The notes beneath the pieces are model-generated. The model searched no databases. It was not told where the DNA came from and worked only from the letters and a program-made list of their open reading frames with translations. Source: Podarcis melisellensis (Eukaryota). From it: a stretch of DNA of 64,000 bases. Where the stretch lies: the NCBI GenBank assembly GCA_964234715.1, contig OZ174276.1. The stretch is one strand, 5' to 3'. Position numbers and translations under genes: made by a program. Within the stretch, counting starts at the first letter, position 1. Each line of letters opens with the position of its first letter. Below, in pieces: positions 51,781 through 64,000 of this stretch.

Positions 51781-53144
51781 GGTTGTGGCACATGACTTTT
51801 GGCCACAAGGTTTCACCAAAAGTATTTGAGGGGGTTGTTACTGGAGCATCTTGGGGAAGGAGATTGAGAGGAGAAGTAAACTTGTGTGCCAACAAATAAA
51901 GCCAAAATATTGTGTAGATAAAGCAAATAGGATAGAAAAGAGTACTGCCATTTGCAGATGTGAAGCACAAAAAGAGAATTTTGAATCTTCAGGTCGGATT
52001 CAATGAAGTAGTTTTGCTATTGGGACTCAGCATAAGGGGGGCAGGCAGGACATGATTCCCTCCCTGGCACCCCCACCATATTGGCTTTCAGGGTGGGAAA
52101 AAACCCCAGAATAACACATGGGGAAAGGAGAGGGGAGGCCATTCCACCAGGCAGAAGTTCAGTCTGGGGAACTCACTACTGACCTTCAATAAATCTCAAT
52201 CATTCAGTCTCCTCTTTTGCAACATTTAAATGATGGAGATCTCTCTGCATAGGGTTGTTGTGCAGATGGATTACCCAGGGGCACAGTGCTGATTAACCAG
52301 CATGAGCTACAAATCACAATAACCACTTCTTTATAACGTAATTGTATATCATAGTCCTGGCTATGTACGTTTCTGAAATCCCCTATAGGCATGTTGTTGT
52401 TTACTTTGTTTAATTATTTTCTGGTTTTTACACTATGTAAAAGTCTGTGTTTGGCCCTAAAATTACAAAGCATGTGCATCATATTGCAACGAGTATGATA
52501 ATGTAGAAAAGTAGATGGCATCAGTATAAAATGATGGCAATCAAATGCTAAAAACAGCTGCCGGGTGTGAGAGGAAGCTTACTGTTTCCCAGATTTAACT
52601 CTCTCACTTGGTGACATTTGGGTACGATTCATTAAAATGTTTAGAAAATCAATAGGGTTTGCCTGATAAGCTACCAGATGGCTTCCCTTGGATAGCCACA
52701 AGACAGCCTCCATGGCTAGCACTAAACTGTGGAACAGTATATAAAAAGTCTTGACAGCTATAGATTGCCTTTGCTGTGTTACATGTGCTTAAGTTTTCAT
52801 GCTGTAGCTAAACAAAGTGATATAAACCAGGAGTTATAGCTGGCCAGCACACAATTCCCCATGCTCACAGGACGTGACCTTTTAGAGATCAATTTTATTT
52901 GTTCTAATACGGATGCAATTTTATAGAGCAAATAAGTTCTGGAATCTCTTCCTCAGCAGGTGCTGGGCAAATAACAGAGATGAAATATATAGCTATTTCT
53001 CTTTGCTTTGCTTTTCAATTAAATGTAAGAATCTATTTACTACTAGTAGAACCTTCAGTAATTGGATACTCAAGTGAAAATGCAGCTTTACACCCCAAAA
53101 TAAATGGGATCATAAAGGCTAAGATGAAAGGAGTCTTGGAGAGC

Positions 53145-53312
53145 TGGATTTTATTTATACAGGGCTTTTCTGACATGCTCAAGGTGTTTTGCACACATAA
53201 TAATCCTTACAACCGTCCTGTAAGGTATGTCAGTAGCATTATCCCAGTTCTATACCTGGAGGCTGAGAATTAGAGACCTAGAGCTGATGCATCATGCTCT
53301 TAACTGCTATAG
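53145..53312 (-). mobile_element. MIR-like SINE
   Basis: aataatccttacaaccgtcctgtaaggtatgtcagtagcattatcccagtt..ggaggctgaga, the MIR/CORE pattern. Confidence 0.75.
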
Positions 53313-53435
53313 CAGGAGTAGCTCAATGTGGCGCTGTCCAGATGTTGCACTCCCAACTTCTATCTCCCCTAGCTATTGGCCATGCTGGCTGGGCCTGATG
53401 GGAACTGGAGAGTCTTATCAACCTACAGGGGGCAC
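53312..53435. mobile_element. decayed hAT-type hairpin MITE
   Basis: tccagatgttgcactcccaacttctatc..ctggctgggcctgatgggaactggag. Confidence 0.55.
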
Positions 53436-53685
53436 CCCTTTTAAAACTAAATCACAGTAATACACCTTATGTGGGGCTGCCCTTGAAACGTGTCCAGAAA
53501 CTGCAGCTGCTGCAACAGACAAGATTTCTGCTGTCTGCTTTTCTGCCCATGTTACACAGGCCCTTCTTAATATGAACTGGCTTCCACTCTGTACTTGGGC
53601 CCAATTGAAGCAGTAGCAGATGCTGTGCAGCTAACCTCACCTCCCTCCTGCTGTGTCATTGCTGCATACTGGGACAGGGAGGGAA

Positions 53686-53737
53686 GAGAAGAAGAAGAAG
53701 AAGAAGAAGAAGAAGAAGAAGAAGAAGAAGAAGAAGA
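53686..53737. repeat. (GAA)n microsatellite forming the SINE tail
   Basis: Directly visible. Abuts the SINE 3' end. Confidence 0.98.
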
Positions 53738-53976
53738 GGAGTTTGGATTTGATATCCCGCCTTTCACTCCCTTTAAGGAGTCTCAAAGCGGCTAACATTC
53801 TCCTTTCCCTTCCTCCCCCACAACAAACACTCTGTGAGGTGAGTGGGGCTGAGAGACTTCAGAGAAGTGTGACCAGCCCAAGGTCACCCAGCAGCTGCAT
53901 GTGGAGGAGCGGAGACGCGAACCTGGTTCCCCAGATTAGAGACTACCGCTCTTAACCACTACACCACACTGGCTCT
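53738..53976 (-). mobile_element. young MIR/L2-partner tRNA SINE (SINE2-like)
   Basis: Minus head agagccagtgtggtgtagtggttaagagcggtag..ggaaccaggttcgcgtctccgctcctccacatgcagctgctgggtgaccttgg. L2-type tail gcgggatatcaaatcc. CpGs retained. Confidence 0.92.
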
Positions 53977-56789
53977 CTGTGGTGGAACTGTGGTGAAGTC
54001 AGTAGGGTGCAAACCTGCTGGCGGAGCCAATCCAGAGTGGAGTATTTGTACCACAACACTCTCACTGCCTCATCACCCCACCCAGTCTCCATCAAAGTAT
54101 GCAGAAGCAATGCATCCAGAGGGAGGTCAGGTGGCTGCTGTGGCCCCACTGTGGCATCCACTGCTGACTTTTAAGGTGGCCTAAATGTCCTGGGACCAGG
54201 ATATTTGAATGAGTGCCTCTTCCAGCATGAATACCTTCATCAGTTGCAATCTCCTATGGTGGTGAACCAGGGCCTCCCAGAGAATGGCAGGTTATGGGGC
54301 AGCAACAAACAGGCTTGACACCAGCATCTATGCTCTGTTCTGCCACCCAGAGATGTGCAGTCAGGATAAGCAAGAGGGCTTTTTGGTGTTTCCCACCTTG
54401 GGTTGTCTTGTTCTTTTAGGTGTAGTGAGGTAGGACATTTCTCTTCCATCAAGCTTCTATATTCTAATCTTGCCTGGTGTTGGACTCCAAATATCGTGGG
54501 TTATTTTTAATGCTCACCCAGTAGTGTTAATTGTAGTGTTTAATTGTAGTGTTACCTTGCATTTTATACTTCTTTTTATATGATTGTAAGCCACCTTAGG
54601 CACTTTTCTTAGGTCATAGAGTCAATAATTGAATGATTTAATAAATTAAGATGATAATCTCTGGTGCATTGTTGCCAGTTCCAGAACTAAGAACAAAGTG
54701 CTGAGTTGTTTTTTCTCTCTGGCCTTGTGTAAGAACCAACTTCAAAACTTGCATATGCACTTCCTTAGCTTGTTTTGTTATTTCTCTCAACACAGAAACC
54801 TCTGAGATGTGGGGGAAAGATCTGTTTTTGAAAAGTTTTGTTTTATCAGTAAAATTGCAACCTTTTTCTGATATGGCCTTTTGACTTTAATAGTGGGCCC
54901 AGGAATAGTGGCAGAAATTCAGCAGGTGTAGCTTTTGCATCATTAAATCTTCATGCTGGAGACCCTGTGCTCATCACTGTTTAGCTTGTCACAGGGCTCA
55001 GGGCTCCTTGGAAGGAGCGGGGAAGAGACATGCTTACCAAGGGCCTGATTTGACTCTGAACACCTGAAAATACTACAAAGAAGGACATGCTCAAGGTCAC
55101 ACTGGCATAGCAGGGAACAGTGTCCAGTCATATTAATTCATAATTTGTGGGGAAGATTGCTTTACCTCCTATCTTAAGATGTACCACCTCTAAAACAACA
55201 GGAAGGCAATGTTGAGAGAACTGTAGCTAAATAGAAAGCTTCACCAGCACCTGCATTGTCTTGCAGAATCTGGAATGTAAAAGCAAAGCGAGGAGTCTTT
55301 TGTTGTTCCTGAAAACATTTCTACACTCTGTTAATGTATCTCATTTGATATTGTTCAGCAGACACAGAGAGCCTGCATGTTTAAATCAACAACTGTCTTT
55401 GAACATCACATGGGAAAGGGGTTTGAAATCATCACAGTATGATTGACTCTGTGGTCAATTGACCAGACACTACTGCAGCTAAATTCTGGATAAGGCCCAT
55501 CCACAAGCAAAACATGGAAGCCTTGCTTTGGATAGTTGCAAATGTATTCTTGCTCCTTGTTTACCTTGCTGGTGACATTGATGATGAAGCATTAGAGTAT
55601 GTGAAATCAAATAAAACATGGGAAACAAAAACAAGCCTTTCTGCAATTCTGCAGTGCATGGATCACTGTGGAGGCTGAAATATAGATGGAAAAAAGAAAG
55701 GGATCAAAATGCTCTCCATTCAGCTTACTGGAGCAGTGGGGCAAATCAAAATGTACTGATAAATAAGACCCACTCTGAATACTGAAGAACTAATGTGATA
55801 CTTCATCACTTGCCAAACAGATTTCCTCTAATTTGTGTGGATATGCATGAGAGAAAGAGAAATGTAACAGTGGAAATTACAAAATAAAAGTGATATAAAA
55901 ATGATGGATCTTTGTAATTGTGCAATTAATCATTTGTTTCAAATTCACTGCATTACAGAAAGCATATTTTCTAATTATGCTAAGCATACATACAATAAAG
56001 AATGTCTCTGTAGCTAAGTATTGCCATGGAGGCATACAGTTTTGTAAATCAGGTGTGTAATTTTTCATGCTTTGCATATCTTTCAAAACTTAGCAAAATA
56101 TATTCTTTGCTGGATTTTCTAAATTCACAGGATAAAAATAAGGTCTAGTCTACATAAGCAGCAGAAGAGTAGATTATACAACATCAGAGTTCAAGTGCAA
56201 ATTTTTCAGGGAAACCTCTTCCTGTTAGTGGTTTCATTTCCAGCAGCAGGATTAGAGCCCTGAACCTGGTCCAACTCCTTAGCGGGAGAGACTACAGCTT
56301 CTGCCTCTATTCTGTACTCAGGGCTCATTGCGCCCTCCCTGTGTCAGTTACTAACTTTCAGCCAATGTGGCTGCTGCCAATGTAGTTAGTCTCACATTTA
56401 GCTTGGCCCTTAGTGCTTCAGAGCTGTTACAGAAGTCTTATGGGGGAAGTCCTTCTGTGCATGAAGCAGAATGTCATCCAACATGCTGACCTTTTTAAAA
56501 TGTTCTGTGCTTTGCCTGCTTATTTTCTGTATATTGAGTGGCTTACAAAGACACAGAAGCAGGTTTAGAAAAGGTGGCACTTCTGAGATCATCATTGATC
56601 AAAATGGTACATGGATTTGATTTGCTGTATTTATATCAGCTGGGATGCTATGGTTTTCTCACATGTGTGCGCCCAGAAAAATGCACATGTAATGTTCTGC
56701 AATCAAATTGCATGATGATTCCTAGAGGCAACTGCTTTTCATGTAGAAACTTTGAAGCAGACCATAGTGTTAAAAGATTGTCTCCTACT

Positions 56790-57083
56790 TAAAAAGTTAA
56801 AGAGACCCCTGACCATTAGGTCCAGTCGTGACCGACTCTAGGGTTGCGGCGCTCACCTCGCTTTATTGGCCGTGGGAACCGGCGTACAGCTTCTGGGTCA
56901 TGTGGCCAGCATGATTAAGCCGCTTCTGGCGAACCAGAGCAGCACACAGAAATGCCGTTTACCTTCCCACTGGAGCGGTACCTATTTATCTACTTGCACT
57001 TTGACGTGCTTTCGAACTACTAGGTTGGCAGGAGCAGGGACCGAGCAATGGGATCTTACCCCATCGCAGGGATTCGAACCGCT
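56790..57083 (-). mobile_element. Sauria SINE, 5'-truncated
   Basis: aaagagacccctgaccattaggtccagtcgtgaccgactctagggttgcggcgctc..cctatttatctacttgcac..ggattcgaaccgc. Confidence 0.93.
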
Positions 57084-58824
57084 AAAGAGGTAGTAAAAAG
57101 TAGTAAAAGGTGATCCATTAATGGCACCAGGAAGTAAAAAGCATTCTAGGAGGCAAAATGGAATGCCTTTTTAGCCTTGCACAGAAAGTATTAACACTTT
57201 TATGCTACAGTGAATACCTGCTCCAAGATACTTCGTAAAAATAGGAACATTAAATTGAGCTGTCGGTAGAGTCTAGAGTCGTTATCAGCTTCCTTGAATG
57301 AGTTCAAAATCTCTCTGGTGAAAGTGCAGAGGAAATCACTTCCCAGATTGAGATAGACCCATCTTCCTTTTAGAAATCTCTTTGCAGAGGTCTGAAAATT
57401 TCCATCAGTCTCTCCTGCCATGAGGCAACTATTGTGCCAGATTACTGCCTAGTGGTGATTTCCCTGGACTTCACAGAGTATATGATTGATTCAAAGTAAA
57501 AATGCAAGGGTCTTTGAGCAGATGTTATCTCTCCCTATCATGAGAAGTTGTGAATCTCTCATTTGATTGCAGCCTGATACCAGATTTCATGCAAATAGAG
57601 ATGAAACACCTCTGGAGCAGCCATTAATTCTGTCCCCCTCCCACCAGTGATTTTCCTAGTGTAAGGAAGAACCACAAGGTTGCTGTTCTAATTCTTGGTT
57701 TAACACACTCTTCAGTTATCAGAGATAACATTATTCATGGCCTGGCCAATTAAAAATGATAGCTTCCCCCCCCCCCAGCTGGCATGTTGCATGTTTGCAA
57801 TGTGAAGGTCAGTTTGTCAAATCTGAGACCGGCGTGGGGCACCCACCATTTGCACAGGAGATTGCCAGTTGGTAATTGTCAATCTCCATCATTTCCTGAC
57901 AAAGGGGAGTGGAAAGAAGGGGAGCATGGAAAACAAGAGGATAAATGAAAAAAACGAATTCTGTGGTTTCAACCTTTGGCCTGTTGACCTCCTGATCTCT
58001 TTAGCACAGACGGTGTATGTTTAATGAAGGGACATATGTATGGCCTCGAGACACACACTTTACATTCCAATAGGTTTGGAAGGGCCAAAAGTCCATATAC
58101 TCAGCAGGAGAGGGGAGGGGGAAACCCAGGAAGAATGGCAGTGGAATTAATTCAAGACTTGCATGAGGAACCGAGCTTGTTGTATATGGTGGAGCCTGAA
58201 TCAAAACTGGAATCTTTGTCATTCTGGCCTTAAATCTGAGCAAAGACTGGAAAACGCTCTGTTGTTCCTCTACTAAAGAGTAGAAGAGGATGGAGTGAGG
58301 AGGCTACTCTATTTTACAGGAGCTTATAACTGACATGGTCCTAATTATCAAATTACTGATTACATTTTTAAAAGCCTCCTTACCTATTTTTTGTTCTTGT
58401 ACACACACCTTTTATTGCTGATTTTGGCCCTTCTCTGTTTCCACATTTCCACTGTTGAGAACTGTGCACACTACACCCCACATTAAGTTAGGGTGCAGTC
58501 CTTGTTGGGGTAGGCACTGCTGAAAGCAGGGAGGCTTGCTTCTAAGTAGACATGGATAAGGTTGTGCTCTTAGATTATTTGCCAGTGTAAATGATACCAT
58601 GTTTCTTCGGCTTTCATTCGTCATTCTGCTTCTCTTAGTCATGGCAAAGCACAAGGAGTTTTGCATTGCAGTGACACTCCATTCACCACAACTGGAAATC
58701 TTGCTCAGCTAGTTTAGGTTGTGTCTCCTGTACTGATAACAAATTTGGGCTCCTCTCCCCATATGTGGTCACAAGCAAATGCTAAGATGTATAAACATGC
58801 TTTGTTGGGCTGTTTTAATTGAAC

Positions 58825-59620
58825 ATTTAATATCCTGCCCTTTTGATGCTTCTGCACCATTCGGCATCTGTTGTTGTTTAGTTGTTTAGTCGTGTCCGAC
58901 TCTTCGTGACCCCATGGACCAGAGCACGCCAGGCACTCCTGTCTTCCACTGCCTCCCGCAGTTTGGTCAGACTCATGTTTGTAGCTTCGAGAACACTATC
59001 CAACCATCTCGTCCTCTGTCGTCCCCTTCTCCTTGTGCCCTCCGTCTTTCCCAACATCAGGGTCTTTTCCAGAGAGTCTTCTCCTCTCATGAGGTGGCCA
59101 AGTATTGAGCCTCAGCTTCACGATCTGTCCTTCCAGTGAGCACTCAGGGCTGATTTCCTTAAGAATGGATACGTTTGATCTTCTTGCAGTCCATGGGACT
59201 CTCAAGAGTCCTCCAGCACCATAATTCAAAAGCATCAATTCTTCGGCGATCAGCCTTCTTTATGGTCCAGCTCTCACTTCCATACATGACTACTGGGGAA
59301 ACCATGGCTTTAACTATACGGACCTTTGTTGGTAAGGTGATGTCTCTGCTTTTTAAGATGCTGATTCGGCATCTAATAACAATTAAAACCAACCATAAAA
59401 TACAGTATTTTTGTATTTTTTTATAACATAATAAAAACAGAAATGCAGCAGATAAAACTGAGTCATTGAATAAAAAGTATCTATCCAATAAATGCCTGCC
59501 CTGTTAGGCATTGCCATACAGCAAAACACCAAGTGTGTGGGTCAGCTAAGCCTCCCAGGAGAAAAGATTCCATGATTTTAGGTGCAGCCACAGAGAAGGC
59601 CCTTTTATAAAAGTCAAGCA
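58825..59620 (-). mobile_element. old L2 3' end hosting the BovB insertion
   Basis: atttaatatcctgccctt..aataacaattaaaa..aatgcctg..gattccatga..ggtgcagccacagagaaggccct. Confidence 0.6.
58870..59363 (-). mobile_element. BovB LINE 5'-truncated copy (ORF C-terminus)
   Basis: Peptides SILKSRDITLPTKVRIVKAMVSPVVMYGSESWTIKKADRRRIDAFELWCWR and DSLEKTLMLGKTEGTRRRGRQRTRWLDSV..WRALVHGVTKSRTRLN. Perfect 11-bp TSD attcggcatct at 58859-58869 and 59364-59374. Confidence 0.97.
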
Positions 59621-60819
59621 CATGCATTTCGCCTTGTAAAATGGTTCCCAATATAAAACCCTGTGTATCAGTAGCCCAAATTCTTACTTGATGAAATGGA
59701 GAACTGTGCTTCTAAAAAAACCCATTCTGAGCCGAGTTTTGTAGAAAGCACTTAATAGTAATAATCTTACACAATAATTTGTACTGTAATTCTCATTTTT
59801 ATACTCTGCCTTTTGTATAATTGGCCTAAACCATAGTGGGTGATGAATCCTCTAGCTAATAGACATTTTGTCTTTCCCATAGTTGAAACAAAGTGAATTT
59901 TTCTGTCTAGACTGGAATTTTCTTAGGTACATTCAAAAGTTTTATATATAATGATGGTTTGTCAAGCAAGGATCCAGTCTTTCTTCATAGTTTGCAAACG
60001 TGTGCCATTTTGCATTATAATTCTTTAAAACGCCACCGGCTCAAATAAAGAAATTTGGTTATCCGTAGCAAGCAGTAAGATATGAACATATACATACGAT
60101 GCACATCTCTGTGATTGGGCAATAATGTTCAAGCCATTTTTGCTGATGAGCCCAGATGCGTACTGAGTTTAATGCAGTGGAATTGATTTCTGTTTGCTAG
60201 CCTATCATTCCCCTCAGCAGGGGAAAATCAATACAGATCAATCATGTGTGATTTTGCATGCCATTAGATCCTGATTTAACCTCTGTAGCCCCCTCCCCTA
60301 CTGTGGACCACACAGTTTGAAAGAAGATTGATTGCTTCAGATAATCTGGGCATGACCCTTCCATTGAAACATCGGGAATCATTCCCTCCTTCCTTAATAC
60401 TTTTTAACCTAATTATTAAACACAGGGTTCTTGAAACTCTGCCATTCCACTTCTACGTAATTTGGAATTGTGGGCAGAAATTCAGCTCTGCAATGAGGGC
60501 ATATTAATAGCTAAGCAGAAATTTTGCTTGGGGCTACAAGCATTAAGCAATTCGTTGTTCTGACTAGCAAGGACTTAGATGTTGCAAAGGGCCTGTTGCC
60601 ATGCGGACTGCACAGAAACACATTTTCCCTTCTTCCTAAGCCAAATTTTGTGGAAAAAGGAAATGTGAAGATGAGCTTATCTTCCAGTTTGTCCCTAAAT
60701 TAGTATGTAAACTAGCTTTCCAGGAGGATACTTCCATACTTTTCCTTCTAGTGGTAAGAATCACAGACAAGAGAACATGGTATTGCCCATGGGGGGGGGG
60801 GAGAACACTGGGTGATTTC

Positions 60820-60920
60820 CAATGTCAGTCATACTTGAAGTAGATCCATTGAGCTCTACGGTCTTAAGTTACTTAAGTTCAACCATTTCAATGGGTCTTC
60901 TCCAAATATGTCTAGCATTG
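60820..60920. repeat. short palindromic MITE-like repeat
   Basis: catacttgaagtagatccattga ... ttcaatgggtcttctccaaatatg. Same family as 6845-6945. Confidence 0.6.
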
Positions 60921-61121
60921 CTCAGTATGTCTTTTAATCTGGATCTTCTGTAACACTGAAAGGGATTGAACTCATTGCTTTGAGGGTATTTTGACTCTGA
61001 AGTATGTTACTGTAATTTGAAATAATATGTATTTCCAAATTTGGTGATTCATAGTAGCTTTCATTGACCAAACTGAAAGTGATTTCACACTACAGAGAAT
61101 TATCTTCAAGATCCTCAAAAG

Positions 61122-61257
61122 CTAGCAACCCCAAACTCGGCCCTCCAGCTGTTTTGGGACTACAGCTCCCATCATCCCTAGCTTACCAGACCAGTGGTCA
61201 GGGATGATGGGAAGTGTAGTCCCAAAACATCTGGAGGGTCAAGTTTGGGGATGCCTG
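61122..61257. mobile_element. hAT-type palindromic MITE
   Basis: Same family as 12922-13057. TSD ctcaaaag / ctcaaaaa. Confidence 0.9.
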
Positions 61258-62869
61258 CTCAAAAAGATGCCTATATTATGCACTGTGAAAATATAGTCGT
61301 GGCTATATAAGGTGTGCTGGAACCTTAATGGTGAGACTTGTGGACTGATGCTTTTTTTGGTGTGTCAATCAAGGATAATGATGTCCGCGCTGCAGCATGG
61401 TTCTATTGTCCCACTTTGGACAGACCATTAATTCTCTTCTAGCCTGGTTATAAATATTTCTGAGTCAAAACCTATCGCTTTACCTGGATACTGGACAACA
61501 GCTAGTCTTGACTTTGTTGGCCCTGGTGTCGTGCAACTTTGTCTGTCTTCCTGTGCTCTTCATCTTGGGCAGATACTTCTTTGCTTATTGTCCATGGCTG
61601 GTAAATGACTTTTTTGGGTTGCCTTTTCTGTATAATGCCTTTAACCTCTTACCAGTGATTCCTAAAGCTCCCTGGCATTGCACAGATACCCTACCTGTAG
61701 ATGATTTGGTTTCCTGTGTCCCAATCATCAACTCAACAGATCTAGGTAGACATAACATTGCATTTTGTTATGGTTTACTTGCGACCATCCATATCATAGC
61801 ATAGCTGGTTTCACTAGGATAATTGTTAGTGTAATTCTTGTTTTAAATGGCCACTGCTGATGCCTAGAATCACATTTGGGGAAATGCTTGCAAAAGGAGA
61901 TGGGATGAGCAGCATATCCTCTTTCTCATGATGCAAAGTGCTACAAACTAAAGTCTGAAAACTTACTCTGTAGTTCAGAGCTGTGCCTAGACTTGAAACT
62001 GTTCGTCTGAGGCCTTTTATCCAGTCTCTAGACTAGCAGACTCTGAACTGTTATTTCCACAATCTCTCTGCAGAAGCATAAACATAATTTTTCAACTGCT
62101 GGCCTTTGTTCTGTATTGCTGGCCCAGAGCACATATCAGATTTTATTTTAAAAGAAATGGGTTTTCAGAAAGGATTTGCATGAGAGAATGAATATGTATC
62201 CTTTTGATACATATTCACTGTCATTTTAATGAACTCAACAGAGAAGCTTCTACTGAATGTCTTTGGGTACAGTTCTTCAGAGGTGTCTTTTGGGGGGAGG
62301 GGTACATTCACACCCACCCTTGCAGTCTCTAAGATGACTGTCAGGGACCAAAGGTATATGCTGAGTGTCTGACAATTGTGGGGATCAAGTCAAGGGTCCA
62401 GCAGCCCCAAATGTTGTTCCTTTCCATTCTCTCAATACCTATAATTTTCCTTTTATCTCCTTGTGTTTATTTTATCCATCAAAACACCACAAAAGCTCTC
62501 TCTTAGATTTAAATTCCCTTCTGTGGTTGCTGGAACACTGCAATATCCCATTGGCTGCCTTTATTACGGTCACACAGCAGGCCTGGGACATTGGGGATTA
62601 TTGTACAATCACTCAGCCTGGTCAGTGCTAGCATCCCTATTCCTTCAATAAATCTGTTGTCCTTTTTCTGTTTGGTGGGCTTAGAGAGGGGATGTGCAAT
62701 GAGTTATTATCCCACACTTATCAGCATTAAACTGGATTTGACAACTCATAGCTTGGGATTTGAATGATCTAAATCCTTCATCATTTGGCAGCCCTGAGGT
62801 TTCCTGGGGGCTTTTTTAAATGGTACTTCTCAATTTATCATCTGCAGGGCTGGAATCCTTATTTATGGT

Positions 62870-63104
62870 CAGTGCTGGATTTAGGATGGTGCAGCTGGTC
62901 CCCCACACAGGATGCCAAGATGAGGGAATGCATAATTAATAATAATAATAATAATAATAATCCTATATTTATATGGGTACCTACTGAGAAGATTCATAAA
63001 AAAGCAACTGTACCAAAAGGAATTACTGTGAAAATAAGAAATATGGGGAGGGGGGACAAATTTTGTCCTGACTCCAGGTGCCATATTACCAAAGTCCGCA
63101 GCTG
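62870..63104. mobile_element. hAT-like MITE containing (AAT)n
   Basis: cagtgctggattt / aaagtccgcagctg imperfect TIRs. Confidence 0.45.
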
Positions 63105-63800
63105 TTACGGAGTTCAAAGATAAGATGAGAACTTTGAAACCTGTCTGGGAGTTACTTTGCAACAGAAGTTTTCTGTAGAATCCAGTTCATCCAGAAGAGC
63201 AGTCTCAGTCATCGTGAAATAGAGCTGGCAAGTGATTCACGCTCTGTGTCCAAAGTAGAACTCCCCCATCCTTTCTCCATAGTGATATGAGTAAACTTCA
63301 TGTGCAAAGGCACCTCTTTCTTTCCCAGGGAAAGTTCCTATTCTATAAGCACCAGAAGAATTGTGAATGCCTCCACTCCCCTTGTTTCTCTGTGACATCA
63401 GAAACCTATCTTTGATATTTGCCCAATAGCTTCCTCCCTGGAAGGAGACTCCACAGTCTCTGTAGCCTAAGGATTGTTAAAGAGAATGCATGTTGGCTAT
63501 GCCTAGTCAATGAGGACTTTCCCCCAGAAAGGCCTCGGCTTCCACCATGTTAATGACAAATCTATTGGTGAGTGGGATTCCTGACTCACAATCCAGAGGT
63601 GGCAGCGCTGTACTTTTTGGCATAGGGATGGGGCAAGCAGGGGGGAAGTGGCAAGTCTGAGGCAGCCCCACAGCAGTTGCCCCACAGGTGCACACATAAA
63701 TGCAGGCTCTCCTGACCTTGCCATTGTCTTGCCCCGCCTGCACTGGGAGAACTCCACAGCCACCCCCACCCTGCCCCCAAGCTTCAACTGTCCAATAATG

Positions 63801-63900
63801 CAGGGGCAGGGAGCCTGTGGCCCTCAAGATGTTTCTGGACTACCTCCATCCCTGAACATTTGCCATGTTGACTAAGACTGATGGGGGTCCAACAACAGCA
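63801..63900. mobile_element. truncated hAT-type hairpin MITE
   Basis: caggggcagggagcctgtggccctcaagatgtttctggactacctccatccct..ctgatggg. Confidence 0.6.
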
Positions 63901-63904
63901 ACAA

Positions 63905-64000
63905 CTATTTCTTATCTCTGCCCATCTGACTGCATTGCCCCAGCCACTGTGGGTGGCTTCCAGCATAATGAAAGCACAGCAAAACATCAAGCATTAAAAA
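63905..64000 (-). mobile_element. L2 3' end running off the window
   Basis: gcccatctgactgcattgccccagccactgtgggtggcttccagcata..cattaaaaa, the reverse complement of the tail at 37868. Confidence 0.85.

Larger units (their letters stand above)
53611..54166. mobile_element. hairpin (hAT-like) element nested in L2
   Basis: Termini cagtagcagatgc / gcatccactgctg. Subterminal arms ctcacctccctc..cattgctgcatact and agtatgcagaagcaatg..gagggaggtcag. Confidence 0.55.
53455..54650 (+). mobile_element. L2 LINE 3' region, split by nested insertions
   Basis: 53455-53610 reads LYVGLPLKRVQKLQLLQ..tggcttcca..gggcccaatt. It resumes at ~54167 (ttttaagg..cctaaatgtcctgggaccaggata) and runs to the tail tgtaagccacctt..aataaa. 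Confidence 0.8.

Noticed and set aside
53567-53955. Poly-E, poly-K and poly-S ORFs
   Set aside because: Translations of the (GAA)n tract.
61478-61570. Minus-strand MKSTGRQTKLHDTRANKVKTSCCPVS followed by gtaaag
   Set aside because: No homology recognised; compatible with chance.
1-64000. CRISPR arrays, prokaryotic operons or defence systems
   Set aside because: Eukaryotic TE-rich DNA with no repeat-spacer array and no gene-dense region.

Overview
Vertebrate genomic DNA, almost certainly squamate (lizard; lacertid-like), judged from co-occurring BovB LINEs, Sauria SINEs, L2/CR1 remnants and lizard-type hairpin MITEs. I recognise no host protein-coding exon or intact RNA gene, so the window reads as a large intron or intergenic region. 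Nearly all ORFs in the track are noise or TE-derived. The explainable structure is a dense TE record: 2 BovB 3' ends with TSDs, 4 Sauria SINEs, tRNA-, 5S- and MIR-like SINEs, L2/CR1/L1/Penelope/RTE-derived fragments, hAT and Tc1/pogo MITEs, and microsatellites. TE-free CNE-like blocks lie in between. Most notable: (i) a TE-free, coding-like ~1.15 kb minus-strand block (39.8-40.9 kb) with five short collinear resemblances to bornavirus nucleoprotein, which is speculative and not statistically established; (ii) an internal L1 ORF2 fragment inside an L2 inside an LTR-like element; (iii) a pogo-like MITE carrying 108-bp double-hairpin tandem repeats; (iv) a decayed Penelope hammerhead ribozyme hit by a hAT MITE; (v) a perfect RFX X-box with CCAAT boxes. 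All family names come from recall of consensus motifs, not from database searches.
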